From positions 128,001-192,000 of the forward strand of contig CM000434.1 in the NCBI GenBank assembly GCA_000165345.1: DNA of 64,000 bases, read 5' to 3'. The translations under genes and the position numbers were made by a program. The notes under the pieces were generated by a model. That model was not told where the DNA came from. It saw only the letters and a program-made list of their open reading frames with translations, and made no database searches. Position 1 is the first letter of the stretch, and each line of letters begins with the position of its first letter. Below, one piece after another: positions 47,179 to 63,973 of the stretch.

Positions 47179-48549
47179 TTAAGATCTTACCATTAATCTT
47201 CTAGAGTTTGGATTTTGGATTCTAGCTGATTCAGCAACCTCTGTAGTAGTGGTAGTGGTAGTAGTGGTAGTTGTAGTTGTGGTAGTTGTAGTTGTGGTAG
47301 TTGTAGTTGTAGTAGTTGTGGTAGTTGTGGTTGTAGTAGTAGTTGATGTAGAAGTTGATGATGTAGAAGTTGTTGATGTAGAAGTTGTAGGTACTGGAAT
47401 AGGTGGACCAAACTTATTTGTAAAGTTATTTAAAGCCAAAGCATCTCCCTTGTTAAAGATTCCAAAAGCTGGGAAAAATGAATTGTTATCTTTATCAATA
47501 CCAACAAGTCTATAATCAAATGAAGAAGGTAATGGTTCCAAAGGAGTGCCAGAAATAAATTCTGGTAATACATTATCATAAGTAACCACAGCAAAGAATA
47601 AAACTGTAATTAATCCTGTTGGATTAACATTTGGTTTTAATGATGGATAACTCAAACCTCTACCAAGTAAAATTAATCCACCATCTGGTTGACGGCCAAC
47701 AGCTTTTACAATAGCACAAACATTCACATGCTCAGATTTACCAAAGAATGGACCATTAGTATAAGTCTCTGCTCTACATACTTCATTCTTATCTGTCATA
47801 TAATCCAAAATAAGTGATTGAGAATTATCTTGATGTTCAGCAGTTGCTAAACTACAATGTTGTGGCAAACTATTAAGAGACATAATAGAAGGAACAACAA
47901 ATTTACCCTTAACCATATTATATCCAAATACAACTTCATCTTGAGCCCTATTACATGCACCTTTTGCAGCAAATTTACCTCCCCAAAATTTCTCAATACC
48001 TCTCATATCAATATCTCTTGTATCTGTTAATAAATCCAACATTGTACCATACATCATACCAGTTGGAATTACATCAGGTTGTAAACCAACTTCCAAAATA
48101 CACATTAAATCACGACTATTTTGTATTAAATCATCAACACTCGTTATATTGTAAATTGTACCTTTTTCACAATGACCATCTCTTGTAAAAGGAAGAGTTA
48201 AATAATTTCTATTTTCAACTCTTGGTCCTCCAAATATTGGAATACCTGGAATATTAAATGATTTAGATTCAACTCTTTGATCATTAGAATCTGATAAACT
48301 ATTTACATTTTGTGAAAATCTATCTCCTCTATTCATTAATGGATCAACAACTCTTTTTGAAAGTAATTGTGCTCTATTTCTAAATGAATCCATATTCCCA
48401 CCAGAATTTGGTTGAAATGAAGAGCCTTGTTGTGGTAATGAAGAAGAAATTCCTGTTGGAATACAACTAACTTTACCAAAATCCAAAATTAAACCCAAAA
48501 CAAAGTAAAATATAGATACCTTAAATATATTATTACTAATATTCATCAT
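47179..48549 (-). CDS. Secreted mucin-like protein: signal peptide, a roughly 370-aa Cys-containing globular domain, and a C-terminal run of about 50 Thr (and some Ser) residues
   Basis: N-terminal MMNISNNIFKVSIFYFVLGLILDF. Cys residues are spaced through the middle of the protein. The C-terminus is TTSTSTTSTSSTSTSTTTTT...T followed by EVAESARIQNPNSRRLMVRS. Confidence 0.6.
   Translation of the reverse strand: MMNISNNIFKVSIFYFVLGLILDFGKVSCIPTGISSSLPQQGSSFQPNSGGNMDSFRNRAQLLSKRVVDPLMNRGDRFSQNVNSLSDSNDQRVESKSFNIPGIPIFGGPRVENRNYLTLPFTRDGHCEKGTIYNITSVDDLIQNSRDLMCILEVGLQPDVIPTGMMYGTMLDLLTDTRDIDMRGIEKFWGGKFAAKGACNRAQDEVVFGYNMVKGKFVVPSIMSLNSLPQHCSLATAEHQDNSQSLILDYMTDKNEVCRAETYTNGPFFGKSEHVNVCAIVKAVGRQPDGGLILLGRGLSYPSLKPNVNPTGLITVLFFAVVTYDNVLPEFISGTPLEPLPSSFDYRLVGIDKDNNSFFPAFGIFNKGDALALNNFTNKFGPPIPVPTTSTSTTSTSSTSTSTTTTTTTTTTTTTTTTTTTTTTTTTTTTTTTTTTEVAESARIQNPNSRRLMVRS
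47243..47392 (-). repeat. Imperfect tandem array of 18-21-nt units (GTAGTTGTAGTTGTGGTA...) encoding the poly-Thr tract
   Basis: Direct tandem repeats are visible on the + strand. A tract of this type is a likely source of length polymorphism between isolates. Confidence 0.8.
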
Positions 48550-48858
48550 CTTAATATTAATAGTTTTTTAAATAATTTATTCTTAATCCTTTTTTTTTTT
48601 CTCCTTTTTACTTTACTTTCTCACTTTAAATTATTTCCCAATTTATTGTCAAATTTGACAATTTTCTAATTTATTCCAATCTTATTATCTTCTCATTTTT
48701 ATATATAACTTTTTCATCCCAATTATAATAAATTAATATCATTATTTAATATTTTCTCTATTTCGAGATTAATCCTCTAATTACACTCCTTAATTTTTTT
48801 TAAAATAAGAAATAATAATAATTTTACCTCTAATTCTATTTATTTACTATTTCCACAT

Positions 48859-48979
48859 GTGCATGCGCATGCACCATTCCTCCCCCCCCCTTCACCTCTT
48901 CCCGCATTTCTAATATTTATATTACGTGTTCTTTAAATTCTTTTTTAAAAACAAATGCATGCATGCATTTATGTGGACA
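48859..48979. promoter_or_regulatory. Divergent promoter (mucin-like gene / P5A-ATPase) with GTGCATGCGCATGCAC, a C-rich CCTCCCCCCCCC run, TTACGTGT, AATGCATGCATGCATTT and TGTGGACA
   Basis: The densest GCATGC cluster in the window. Confidence 0.55.
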
Positions 48980-49689
48980 ATAATTCATTTTACTATTAAT
49001 AAAGTACTAGGATTTTAGATATAATGTAATTTATTTAAAAAAATAATAATAATAAAGAAATAAAAATTAAAAAAAATTATTAATCCATAAATTAATCAAT
49101 ACAATAATGTATTATATTTTCTCTTTAGCTATTTCTTTAATCTTTCCATGTTTTTCTTTTTCAAATTTTGTTTAATTAAGTAAATAATACTTTTTATTAA
49201 AAGAAAAAAAAAAATTATGTTTGTAAACACGTGAGGGTAATGAAATAAATCAAATATTCTATAAAAAGGCGGGTCGATACCCAAATATTATTTATGATCA
49301 TAAAGAAAAAGAAAAAAAAAGGGGGTAAAAAAAAGATTATTTAATTTAATTGACCAATCATTAATAATAAAATTTTTTTTCATGAAATAATTGATAAAAC
49401 TTTTTATGAAATAAATATATTCTTCATTTATACAAATATATATAGATATATATATTTGTATATAAATATATATATTTAATCTTGAATATTAGCTATAATA
49501 AATCAATTACATTTCTTCAAATTCCGTGTAATAATAGATTTCAATAGGTGAAATTATTAAATTGGAAAGAATATTATTTATATTTAGAATTTAAAATATT
49601 ATCTTCTTTTTTTTTAAGAGAAAGATAAAAATAAAGGGGAAAAGAAAAGGAAAGAAAGAAAGAAAGTAAAGAAATCAAGTTAAAAAAAA

Positions 49690-50796
49690 ATGTCAAAATA
49701 CACATTCACTGAATATAGAAGATTGAATAATTCTATATTCAGATTGGATGTATTTCCATTCATTACTATTTATATTGTTTTAATTTCAATCTTATTAGGA
49801 GAAATCTTCAGTTTAAGTAAAACAATCACTTATAAAGATGTTTTTGATTCATTCATTTATTTAATAAATTTCATACAAAATCTTAATAATTTAAATAATA
49901 CCATAAATTCGGTACCAGTACAAAATAATGAAATATTTAATGATTTAATATCAAATAATACAAATTATTTAAATGCTTCTGAATTGGATGATTCAAATTT
50001 AAGTGAAGAATTACAACTTATTATTGATAATGTTCCAATTAAATATATTGTTGCAATTTTTATCACAATTTTAATAAATTTATTAACTTTTCTTATGACT
50101 CAATGGAATTTGAAATTTAAAAGTATTATTTGTTTTAGTAAAATAAAAAAAAAATCAAATGGAACTTGTACAAGTTTAAATAATAAAACCACTACACATA
50201 TTATGGTAAATAGTTCCAAATATCCAAGTGAACTTTGTCCTTTAAAATATTCAACATGTATTGAACATGTTGGAAAACTTAAAGATTTTTATTCTTTAAC
50301 AAAAATTAAATCATGTTCAATTATTAATATGAACAAATCTTTTATTATACAAGTTGATGCAATTGATTATTATAAATATAAATCAGAAATTGAGAAAATT
50401 CTTTTAAAAAATATTAATAAAAGTGATAATTCCAATTTATTACCAAATTCTTCAAATATTAATTGGATAAAATTGATTAATTATGAAAAGAAAACTTTTA
50501 TATATAATAAATCAAAAGAAACTTTTATTAAAGCAAATTATCCAATAAATCTTCCAATAAAATCATATTTTGATCAATTAATACATAAAGGTGGTTTAAA
50601 TATGAATGAAATTATACTTCATAATAATTTATATGGAATTAATAATTATGAAATACCAAAAGAAAAATTTCTGGATTTATTTATTGAACAAATTATATCA
50701 CCTTTTTTCTTATTTCAAATATTTTGTGTATTACTATGGATACTTGATGAATATTGGCAAATGAGTTTATTTACTTTATTTATGTTATGTACTTAA
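49690..50796 (+). CDS. P5A-type P-type ATPase (Spf1/ATP13A1-like), N-terminal portion up to an in-frame TAA
   Basis: P5A N-terminal membrane region. It ends ...DEYWQMSLFTLFMLCT*, where Spf1/ATP13A1 has DEYWYYSLFTLFMLVAFEA. Confidence 0.8.
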   Translation: MSKYTFTEYRRLNNSIFRLDVFPFITIYIVLISILLGEIFSLSKTITYKDVFDSFIYLINFIQNLNNLNNTINSVPVQNNEIFNDLISNNTNYLNASELDDSNLSEELQLIIDNVPIKYIVAIFITILINLLTFLMTQWNLKFKSIICFSKIKKKSNGTCTSLNNKTTTHIMVNSSKYPSELCPLKYSTCIEHVGKLKDFYSLTKIKSCSIINMNKSFIIQVDAIDYYKYKSEIEKILLKNINKSDNSNLLPNSSNINWIKLINYEKKTFIYNKSKETFIKANYPINLPIKSYFDQLIHKGGLNMNEIILHNNLYGINNYEIPKEKFLDLFIEQIISPFFLFQIFCVLLWILDEYWQMSLFTLFMLCT

Positions 50797-50799
50797 GAG

Positions 50800-53700
50800 G
50801 CTCAAATGGTATTTAGAAGACTTAAAGAATCTGATGAAGTTAGAAATATGAGAAGACCATCATGTTTTATTCTTGTATATAGAGAATATACTTGGAAATA
50901 TATTAATACTGATCATTTATTACCTGGTGATATTATTGCAATTTCATCCACAATTTCTTCCAATTCTTTAAAAAATAAGAATTTTGATGAAAATAATAAT
51001 AATAATAATCAAGATGAAGAAGCAGTTTCTATTGCTCCTTGTGATTTTGTATTATTATCTGGAAGTATTACTGTAAATGAAGCAATGCTTACTGGTGAAT
51101 GTACTCCAAAAATGAAAGTATCAATGAATAATGACGAAGATGAAAATGAACAAGATAATAAATTGAATGAAAAGACTTTTGATATTGATGGATTTAAAAA
51201 TCATGTAATATTTGCAGGTACCAATATTATACTTACAAGATCTTCAATTGTTACAGAAAATAAAGAGTTCCAATCTATTATTAAAAAGATTTCAAATGAA
51301 TACCATAATTGTTATAATGTTGATAATATGAACTCTATTAAGAATCCAATGAACTTTAATGAAAAGTATAATAATAATGTCACTTCTTCTTACATTAAAT
51401 ATGATAATGATAAAATGATTTGTATTGGATATGTTCTTAGAACTGGATTTAATACTTATCAAGGAAAATTAATCCGTACAATTTCATCATCAGCTGAAAA
51501 GATCTCATCTAACAGTCTTGAATCACTAATTTTCTTAATGATGTTAATTTTTTGCTCATTAATAGCATCTTCTTATGTACTTTATTATGGAATTAATGAT
51601 CCTTCCAGAAATAAATTCAAATTAATTATCTCCTGCATTCACATTATAACTTCAGTTATTCCTCCAGAATTCCCCATCACACTTTCTGTTGCTGTAACTA
51701 TGGCAGTTGTTCAATTAACCAAAAAAAAGATTTATTGTACTGAACCATTTAGAATTCCATTTGCTGGTAAACTTAGAATATGTGCTTTTGATAAAACTGG
51801 TACTTTAACTAGTGATAAAATGATACCACATGGATTATTTGGAATTAACTTGTATAATAATGATGATACTTCTTGTATTACTTTTGATGATAATGATAAG
51901 TATAGTAATAACAATGAAGATAAGGATGAGATGAACAATAAAAAGTTAGCATCAGTATCGGGATCAAGGCAAGTGTTGGGATCAGAACCAATATCCAATT
52001 CTTCTGTTGATATACCATATTTATCTGATCTTATTATGGGATGTTGTAATGGACTTTCACTTAATGGAAAGACCTTGGTTGGAGATCCTATGGAAAAATC
52101 CATCAAAAAGAAATCATCCTGGAGAATTCATCACTCATCTGAAAATAATTATCATAACATTAAAGATAATTCAACATTTTCAATAGTTAGAAGATATCCT
52201 TTTTCACCAGAAGAACAAAGAATGACCAATATTGGAATTTTGCATATTCCTTCAGAAAAACAAAATTCATCATCAAGTAAATCTCAAACTTCTTCATCTT
52301 CATCTCAATCTCTATCTCCGTCTCATTCTGTAAAATTTCATAAAAGTCTTTCAAAACCTGATCCAAAAACTTATGGTCTTGTCATTTCTAAAGGAAGTCC
52401 AGAAATGATGCTTCAATTCTTTAAAAAAGATCCAGAATTTGATCAAAATTTATACAAAAATGTTGTACATGAATGTACTAAAAAAGGGTATCGTATATTA
52501 GCACTTGGTTCAAAATATTCTTGTATTAATGAAGTTAATAATCATCATTTAAAAAGAGAATTCTTTGAAAATGATTTAATATTTTGTGGTTTTCTTGCAT
52601 TATATTGTCCAATTAAAAAACATTCCAAATCTGTTATTCAAGAACTTAATCAAAGTAATCATCAATGTATTATGATTACTGGTGACAATATTCTTACAGC
52701 TTTCCATGTTGCAAAAAATGTATCAATTACCAATAATTGTAAAGATATACTCATTTTATCAAAATCTGATAATGAAAACTCTAATCATATTAATTATATA
52801 TGGAAATATTCAAATGGTAATATTTTTAATAAATTTGATAATAATTTAACTCATTTAATTCATATTAATAATGAATTTAATATTGGTATTACTGGTAATG
52901 TATTCCAATCTTTTATTGAAGACTTCAAAGAAACCAAAATACTTGAACAATTTCTTTTATTTACAAAAATATATGCAAGAATGTCTCCAAAAAATAAACA
53001 AACTCTTATTAATCTTTATAATAATATGGGTAATATGACTTTAATGTGTGGAGATGGTACCAATGATGTTGGTGCTTTAAAACATTCTCATGTTGGTATT
53101 TCTCTTCTTTCAAATGAATCATCATCAGATTCTAATAATAAAGATAATAATAATTCTCCATTTAATATTAAAAAAAATCAAAAATCCAACTTTTTTGAAA
53201 TTAAAAAAGATATTGAAGCCAGAATTAGACGTGGTGAAAAGCTTACAAAAGCTCAAATTCAACAAGAAATCTTGAAAGAATTCCAAAATATGGATGAAAT
53301 ACCAAAAGTAAAACTTGGAGATGCTTCTATTGCTTCACCTTTTACATATAAAGGTGAATCTCCCAATTGTATTATTAAACTTGTTAGATATGGAAGATCA
53401 ACTTTAACCACAGTATTATTAATGTATAAATTAATGGGATTAAATAGTATTGTATCTGCATTTTCTATGAGTGTATTAGCTCATGATGGAGTTAAATTTG
53501 GTGATTTTCAAACTACTGTAGAATCCATTATTATGAGTGGCTTATTCTTTCTTGTACTTAAAAACAAGCCAGCTAAAAAGCTTGTTCCACAAAAACCACC
53601 AAATAGTATTTTCAGTCCTATGATATTTTTATCATTTATTATTCAAGCATTAATTCATTTATTTGTTATTTATTTTGGATGGAAAATTTCATATTCTTTA

Positions 53701-54072
53701 ATGCCATTAAACTATTCAACAAATATTGATGGACCTTTTGAACCAAATATTATTAATACAACAATGTATTATTTATATACAGCTTGTCACTTAGCTTGTT
53801 TTCTTTCAAATGCACAAGGTCATCCATTTACTACTCCATTATCTGAAAATAAATATCTTATTTACACTTCAGCTTTAGTTATTTCATTCTTAATTACTTC
53901 AATTCTAGGAATATTTCCACATTTAAATATATTATTTTCATTGGTAACTTTACAAAGTAAATATTATCAATCAATTCTAATACTTCTTGTATTATTTGAT
54001 ATTTTTGGTACTCTATTAATTAATCAATTATTTAATCAACTTCATATTTACTTTGACAAATGCAAACATTAA
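50800..54072 (+). CDS. P5A-type P-type ATPase, remainder, in the same frame immediately after the TAA
   Basis: EAQMVFRRLKESDEVRNMRRP... continues the Spf1 alignment (EATLVQQQMRNMSEIRKM). It has PGDIIAIS, TVNEAMLTGECTPKMK, the P5A motif IPPEFPITLS, the phosphorylation site ICAFDKTGTLT, MITGDN and MCGDGTNDVGALK, followed by the C-terminal transmembrane helices. Confidence 0.85.
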   Translation, partial: AQMVFRRLKESDEVRNMRRPSCFILVYREYTWKYINTDHLLPGDIIAISSTISSNSLKNKNFDENNNNNNQDEEAVSIAPCDFVLLSGSITVNEAMLTGECTPKMKVSMNNDEDENEQDNKLNEKTFDIDGFKNHVIFAGTNIILTRSSIVTENKEFQSIIKKISNEYHNCYNVDNMNSIKNPMNFNEKYNNNVTSSYIKYDNDKMICIGYVLRTGFNTYQGKLIRTISSSAEKISSNSLESLIFLMMLIFCSLIASSYVLYYGINDPSRNKFKLIISCIHIITSVIPPEFPITLSVAVTMAVVQLTKKKIYCTEPFRIPFAGKLRICAFDKTGTLTSDKMIPHGLFGINLYNNDDTSCITFDDNDKYSNNNEDKDEMNNKKLASVSGSRQVLGSEPISNSSVDIPYLSDLIMGCCNGLSLNGKTLVGDPMEKSIKKKSSWRIHHSSENNYHNIKDNSTFSIVRRYPFSPEEQRMTNIGILHIPSEKQNSSSSKSQTSSSSSQSLSPSHSVKFHKSLSKPDPKTYGLVISKGSPEMMLQFFKKDPEFDQNLYKNVVHECTKKGYRILALGSKYSCINEVNNHHLKREFFENDLIFCGFLALYCPIKKHSKSVIQELNQSNHQCIMITGDNILTAFHVAKNVSITNNCKDILILSKSDNENSNHINYIWKYSNGNIFNKFDNNLTHLIHINNEFNIGITGNVFQSFIEDFKETKILEQFLLFTKIYARMSPKNKQTLINLYNNMGNMTLMCGDGTNDVGALKHSHVGISLLSNESSSDSNNKDNNNSPFNIKKNQKSNFFEIKKDIEARIRRGEKLTKAQIQQEILKEFQNMDEIPKVKLGDASIASPFTYKGESPNCIIKLVRYGRSTLTTVLLMYKLMGLNSIVSAFSMSVLAHDGVKFGDFQTTVESIIMSGLFFLVLKNKPAKKLVPQKPPNSIFSPMIFLSFIIQALIHLFVIYFGWKISYSLMPLNYSTNIDGPFEPNIINTTMYYLYTACHLACFLSNAQGHPFTTPLSENKYLIYTSALVISFLITSILGIFPHLNILFSLVTLQSKYYQSILILLVLFDIFGTLLINQLFNQLHIYFDKCKH

Positions 54073-54196
54073 GAACAAATAATATATATGGGTCCTTTTT
54101 TTTTCCTTTTTTAATTATTATTTAAAAGAAATAAAATATCTTGGATATATCATTTTTTAAAAATAATAATAATAATTAAAAATGGAAAAAAAACTT

Positions 54197-60010
<5,814 letters not shown>

Positions 60011-60447
60011 ACTTTTTTCCTTTTAACTTTAAATTACAGAGATTCTTGTCTTACCCATCCACAAAATCTTAATATTCTAGACTTTTAATCTCTGTTACTT
60101 TAATAATTTTTGTATATTCCTGTTAAATATATTTTGCAGTGTATTTTTCAATTTTCCTTCCCCGCTTTTTTATTTTACATGTACTTTCTGTGGGGTACTC
60201 ACCTTTAAAGCTTAAATAAACCCGGCAAAATAACATGTCAATATTTACATTGAAAAAGAACACTTCATTTATAAAATATTATCCACTTTATAGAGAAATT
60301 TTTTTTACTTAGTTTGAAATTCCCTCTCAATTAAATTATTAATTAATACCATTAAACTTCTAAACCTAAAATATTTCTTTACTTATGTTTTAATACATTT
60401 ATTTTTTTAACATTAATTTTTTTCTCCCTATAATGCAATATTTTTTT

Positions 60448-60550
60448 TGTCCACATAAATATTAACACCGGTATCAAAAATAATGCATGTGGAAAATAAT
60501 TTTTGTTGACAGCATGCACAAAATTTATGCAGATGCATGCAATACACGTG
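60448..60550. promoter_or_regulatory. Divergent promoter (condensin / bZIP) module: TGTCCACA ... CACCGGTAT ... ATGCATGTGGAAA ... GCATGCAC ... GATGCATGCAAT ... ACACGTG
   Basis: The same motif set and order as the modules at 22574-22679 and 12332-12382. Confidence 0.55.
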
Positions 60551-61076
60551 TTTTTTATTTAATACTTTTACATTTGGAACAAAAAACAGTTAAATTTTTT
60601 TTCCTTCTTTAAAGAATAATTAAGAAATTAATATAAATATATTAATAATAATAAATAATAATAAAAGTAATAGTAATAAATAATCATTATTATACGAAGA
60701 GAAACAGTTAAAGATAGCTTGGAATAATTCAATATTAAAAAAAAAAGTAAAAAAAACAGAAAGAATTAATAATACGAATATTACTATTATTGCTGTAATT
60801 TTACAGATAAAACAAAACTATTACTAATATTATTTTTATTATTATTAAATTTTTTAAAAATTATTCAATAAATTGTGAATAAGAGAAGTATCTTATGTGT
60901 ATTCAAGCATATTGATTATCTGAGTTAAATCAGAGCTTGGATTATATTAATAAAAAAAAATTTGTTTCAGTTAAAGTTTGTGGGAATAAAGAAAAATCGG
61001 ACTTGAATGAAAGAATAAAACAATAATTAACTTATATTTTTTTAATAATTAATTAACAATACAAATAACATATATG

Positions 61077-61117
<41 letters not shown>

Positions 61118-61163
61118 TTATACATATATACATGTATAAATATATATAAATAATTAAATAAAG

Positions 61164-62507
61164 ATGAATAATCAAAACATTACTCCAAAAAAACACAAAT
61201 ATGTGAATGAAAATTCCAGTCAAATGTTGAATTATGAAAATGAATTGAATGGAAAATTAATATCTCCTCCATATACAAGCGATGAAAGTAGTCATTCAAA
61301 TCATCAAAGCAATGATCGACTTAATCATCAACATAATTTAAGACATATTAATAGTTATAGGGCTTCAATATCCACAAATAATACATTAAGCTCACCAAGA
61401 AGCAGTGAAGTCATTGGTGAAATGATATATGATTCAGGTAACAATAGTGTTGATATTGGTAAGAATATGATAGGAGTGAATAAAGAAAACTACATTCTAA
61501 TGAATCATGAAAATGAGAAAAATATTCCAAGTAATAGCAAATCATCAATTAGTCAAAATATCGATGATCTTGTCATACAAAGAATTAGTAGTAGCAAAAG
61601 AAAAAGAATGAGAAGAATTCCATCATCTTCTAGAAATATATCATCTAAAATAGAAATGGAAATCAATCATCAAAAGAGTTTAATTAATATTAACAATGAT
61701 GAACCAAACACAAGAAATTACAACCCAAGCTCATTTAAATTCACTTCCTTGATTGATACAAATTCTGAAGAATTTAATTCTATGCCTCACTCAATGCAGA
61801 AGAAAATATTACAAATGATTAGAAATAGACAATCAGCTCAAAAACATAGAGATAAACAAAAAATTGAAAGACAAAATTTAATACAAGAAAATATATCTCT
61901 AAGAGCAAAAATTGTTGAATTGACTAATGAATTACAAGAACTTAGAGCTAAACAATTTGCTATACTTGAACAAGAGGGAATGCTTTCACATATTAAAAAT
62001 GGATATAGATTTACTAATTATAATATGAATACTCAACTAAGTAATATTAATGGAAATATTATCGCAAGTAAAAGAATTGATAACATTAATAATTGTGTTA
62101 ACAATAGAAATAGTCTTGGAAATGAAGATACAGAAATCAATCATCACAATATTATTTGTAATGATAATTTACTCAATGAAAAAAGTAAGACTAAGATAGA
62201 TAATATTGGAGTTAAAAATCAAGAAATTGATTGTGGATTTGATTTTGCTCCTGTTGATGAGTATTCAAATATTGGGATATGGAATTCCATATGTGATACT
62301 GGTCATGGTAATACTACTACCAATGGTAATCATCATTTAACTGCTAATAATAGTAATATTGTAAGAAGTAACAACTTTTGCAATCAATTAACAATACATC
62401 CTAATATTGATGTATTACCTTGGATTGGTAGTGTTGGTGTTGGTGGAGTTGTTACATGGAATAAACAAAATAATTTTGTCGAAGACATGCTTATAAGCAG
62501 TAAATAA
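61164..62507 (+). CDS. bZIP transcription factor, 447 aa, N/S-rich, with the basic region and leucine zipper near residues 210-270
   Basis: Basic region KKILQMIRNRQSAQKHRDKQK fits N-x2-(S/A)-A-x2-(H/C)-R. It is followed by a heptad leucine zipper L-IQENIS-L-RAKIVE-L-TNELQE-L-RAKQFA-I-L. Confidence 0.75.
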   Translation: MNNQNITPKKHKYVNENSSQMLNYENELNGKLISPPYTSDESSHSNHQSNDRLNHQHNLRHINSYRASISTNNTLSSPRSSEVIGEMIYDSGNNSVDIGKNMIGVNKENYILMNHENEKNIPSNSKSSISQNIDDLVIQRISSSKRKRMRRIPSSSRNISSKIEMEINHQKSLININNDEPNTRNYNPSSFKFTSLIDTNSEEFNSMPHSMQKKILQMIRNRQSAQKHRDKQKIERQNLIQENISLRAKIVELTNELQELRAKQFAILEQEGMLSHIKNGYRFTNYNMNTQLSNINGNIIASKRIDNINNCVNNRNSLGNEDTEINHHNIICNDNLLNEKSKTKIDNIGVKNQEIDCGFDFAPVDEYSNIGIWNSICDTGHGNTTTNGNHHLTANNSNIVRSNNFCNQLTIHPNIDVLPWIGSVGVGGVVTWNKQNNFVEDMLISSK

Positions 62508-62950
62508 TTTCTGATTTATAGATTACCTGAATTTGAGTTCAATAAGGAAAGAAAAAATAACATAGGAAAATTGAGATTCGGAACCAATGCTCATTTTCCT
62601 TCTTAATATTACAAGATCAGTTGATTGAATATATTTAATGTTTAAGCTTTACAATGCTAAAATATTACTACGTAATGTGGAAAAATTAAAAAATTCAATA
62701 AGCGGTGAGAGAAAATATTAATTTTGAATTGATAAATACTAAAGAAAGAATATAATAAAGAAAATTTCCTCCTTTTTTTTAAAAAAAAAAAGCTCTAAAT
62801 GCAACTCAATTAACACTGAAAAGAAGATAAAAATAATATTAATGTAAAGAACTTAATGTTTAATTTTCAAATTTTCATTCGGTTCAGAATTCATTATTGA
62901 TCGTTTAGGACCTTACCCCCACAAGATTTACAGTTTTACCTAAGTAAAAT

Positions 62951-63973
62951 ATGAATTCTGAGAAAGAAATCAAACAAGATAATTCACAAAATGTGTCTAA
63001 AGATAGTGAAAGTGAAGAAGAACCAATAAAAAGTTTGAGAATTGGAATAGACTATCCAGTATATGATGATGATGAAGAAATTAATATACAATGTGGAAGA
63101 ATTGGTGAAATCGAAAATTTATCAAAATGCAAGGAACTAAGATCCCTGATGTTAATTTCAAATCATATAAGAAAAATCAAGAATCTGGATGAATTAATAC
63201 AATTGAAAACTTTGGAGCTTTACCAAAACAAAATTAAAAAAATTGAAAATTTAGAGAAATTGGTTAATTTGGAGGTTTTAGATTTGTCGTTTAATCGAAT
63301 AAAAAAGCTAGAGAATCTTGAAAATCAAAATAAGCTTAAAAAGCTGTTTCTAACAAATAATAAGATTAAAATCATACAAGGATTAAATAATAATAAAGAA
63401 TTAAAATTACTAGAACTTGGAAGTAATGATATCAGAATTATTGAGAATATTGATCATTTAAGTGAGCTGGAGGAACTTTGGCTTGGAAAAAATAAAATCA
63501 CTACTTTAGATGATATCCCATTATTTCAAAATATCAAAATAATAAGTTTACAGAGTAACCGTATTGTAAATTGGTCAATTAATTTCTCAAAAAATGTGAA
63601 TAATGTCCAAGAATTATATTTAAGTGATAATCAGTTAATTAGTCCAGATGAAGTCTACTTTGATTCTTTTCAGAATTTAAAAGTCTTAGATTTGGGTGGA
63701 AATAAAATTCAAAATTTGGAAGCTATATCCAAGATTGAATCTTTAGAAGAGCTTTGGATTAATGATAACGATATATGTGATATTAATCAGCTTGAACTTT
63801 TAAAAAACTTAAGAAATCTCCAAACCTTATATTTGGAAAGAAATCCTATTCAAAACCAGTTAGGGCCTGCATATAGACTAACTGTTATTAAAATTGTACC
63901 TTGGATTACTCAACTGGATGCAATACCAATTAATCGAAGTGGAGAAATTCATTTTATTCAATCTTCTTCTTAA
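62951..63973 (+). CDS. SDS22: SDS22-type leucine-rich repeat protein (protein phosphatase 1 regulatory subunit 7), 340 aa
   Basis: Eleven consecutive 22-residue LRRs (LxxLxxLxxLxLxxNxIxxIxx) with a C-terminal LRR cap. LELYQNKIKKIENLEKLVNLEVLDLSFNRIKKLENL ... LYLERNPIQ is collinear with PPP1R7/SDS22. Confidence 0.85.
   Translation: MNSEKEIKQDNSQNVSKDSESEEEPIKSLRIGIDYPVYDDDEEINIQCGRIGEIENLSKCKELRSLMLISNHIRKIKNLDELIQLKTLELYQNKIKKIENLEKLVNLEVLDLSFNRIKKLENLENQNKLKKLFLTNNKIKIIQGLNNNKELKLLELGSNDIRIIENIDHLSELEELWLGKNKITTLDDIPLFQNIKIISLQSNRIVNWSINFSKNVNNVQELYLSDNQLISPDEVYFDSFQNLKVLDLGGNKIQNLEAISKIESLEELWINDNDICDINQLELLKNLRNLQTLYLERNPIQNQLGPAYRLTVIKIVPWITQLDAIPINRSGEIHFIQSSS

Noticed and set aside
46560-47181. 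Possible 3' intron of the mucin-like gene (ATG|GTAAGA ... TTTTTACAG on the minus strand)
   Set aside because: Splicing would add only four codons (EKYM) before a stop. There is no gain in protein plausibility, so this is most likely a chance GT...AG pair in AT-rich sequence.
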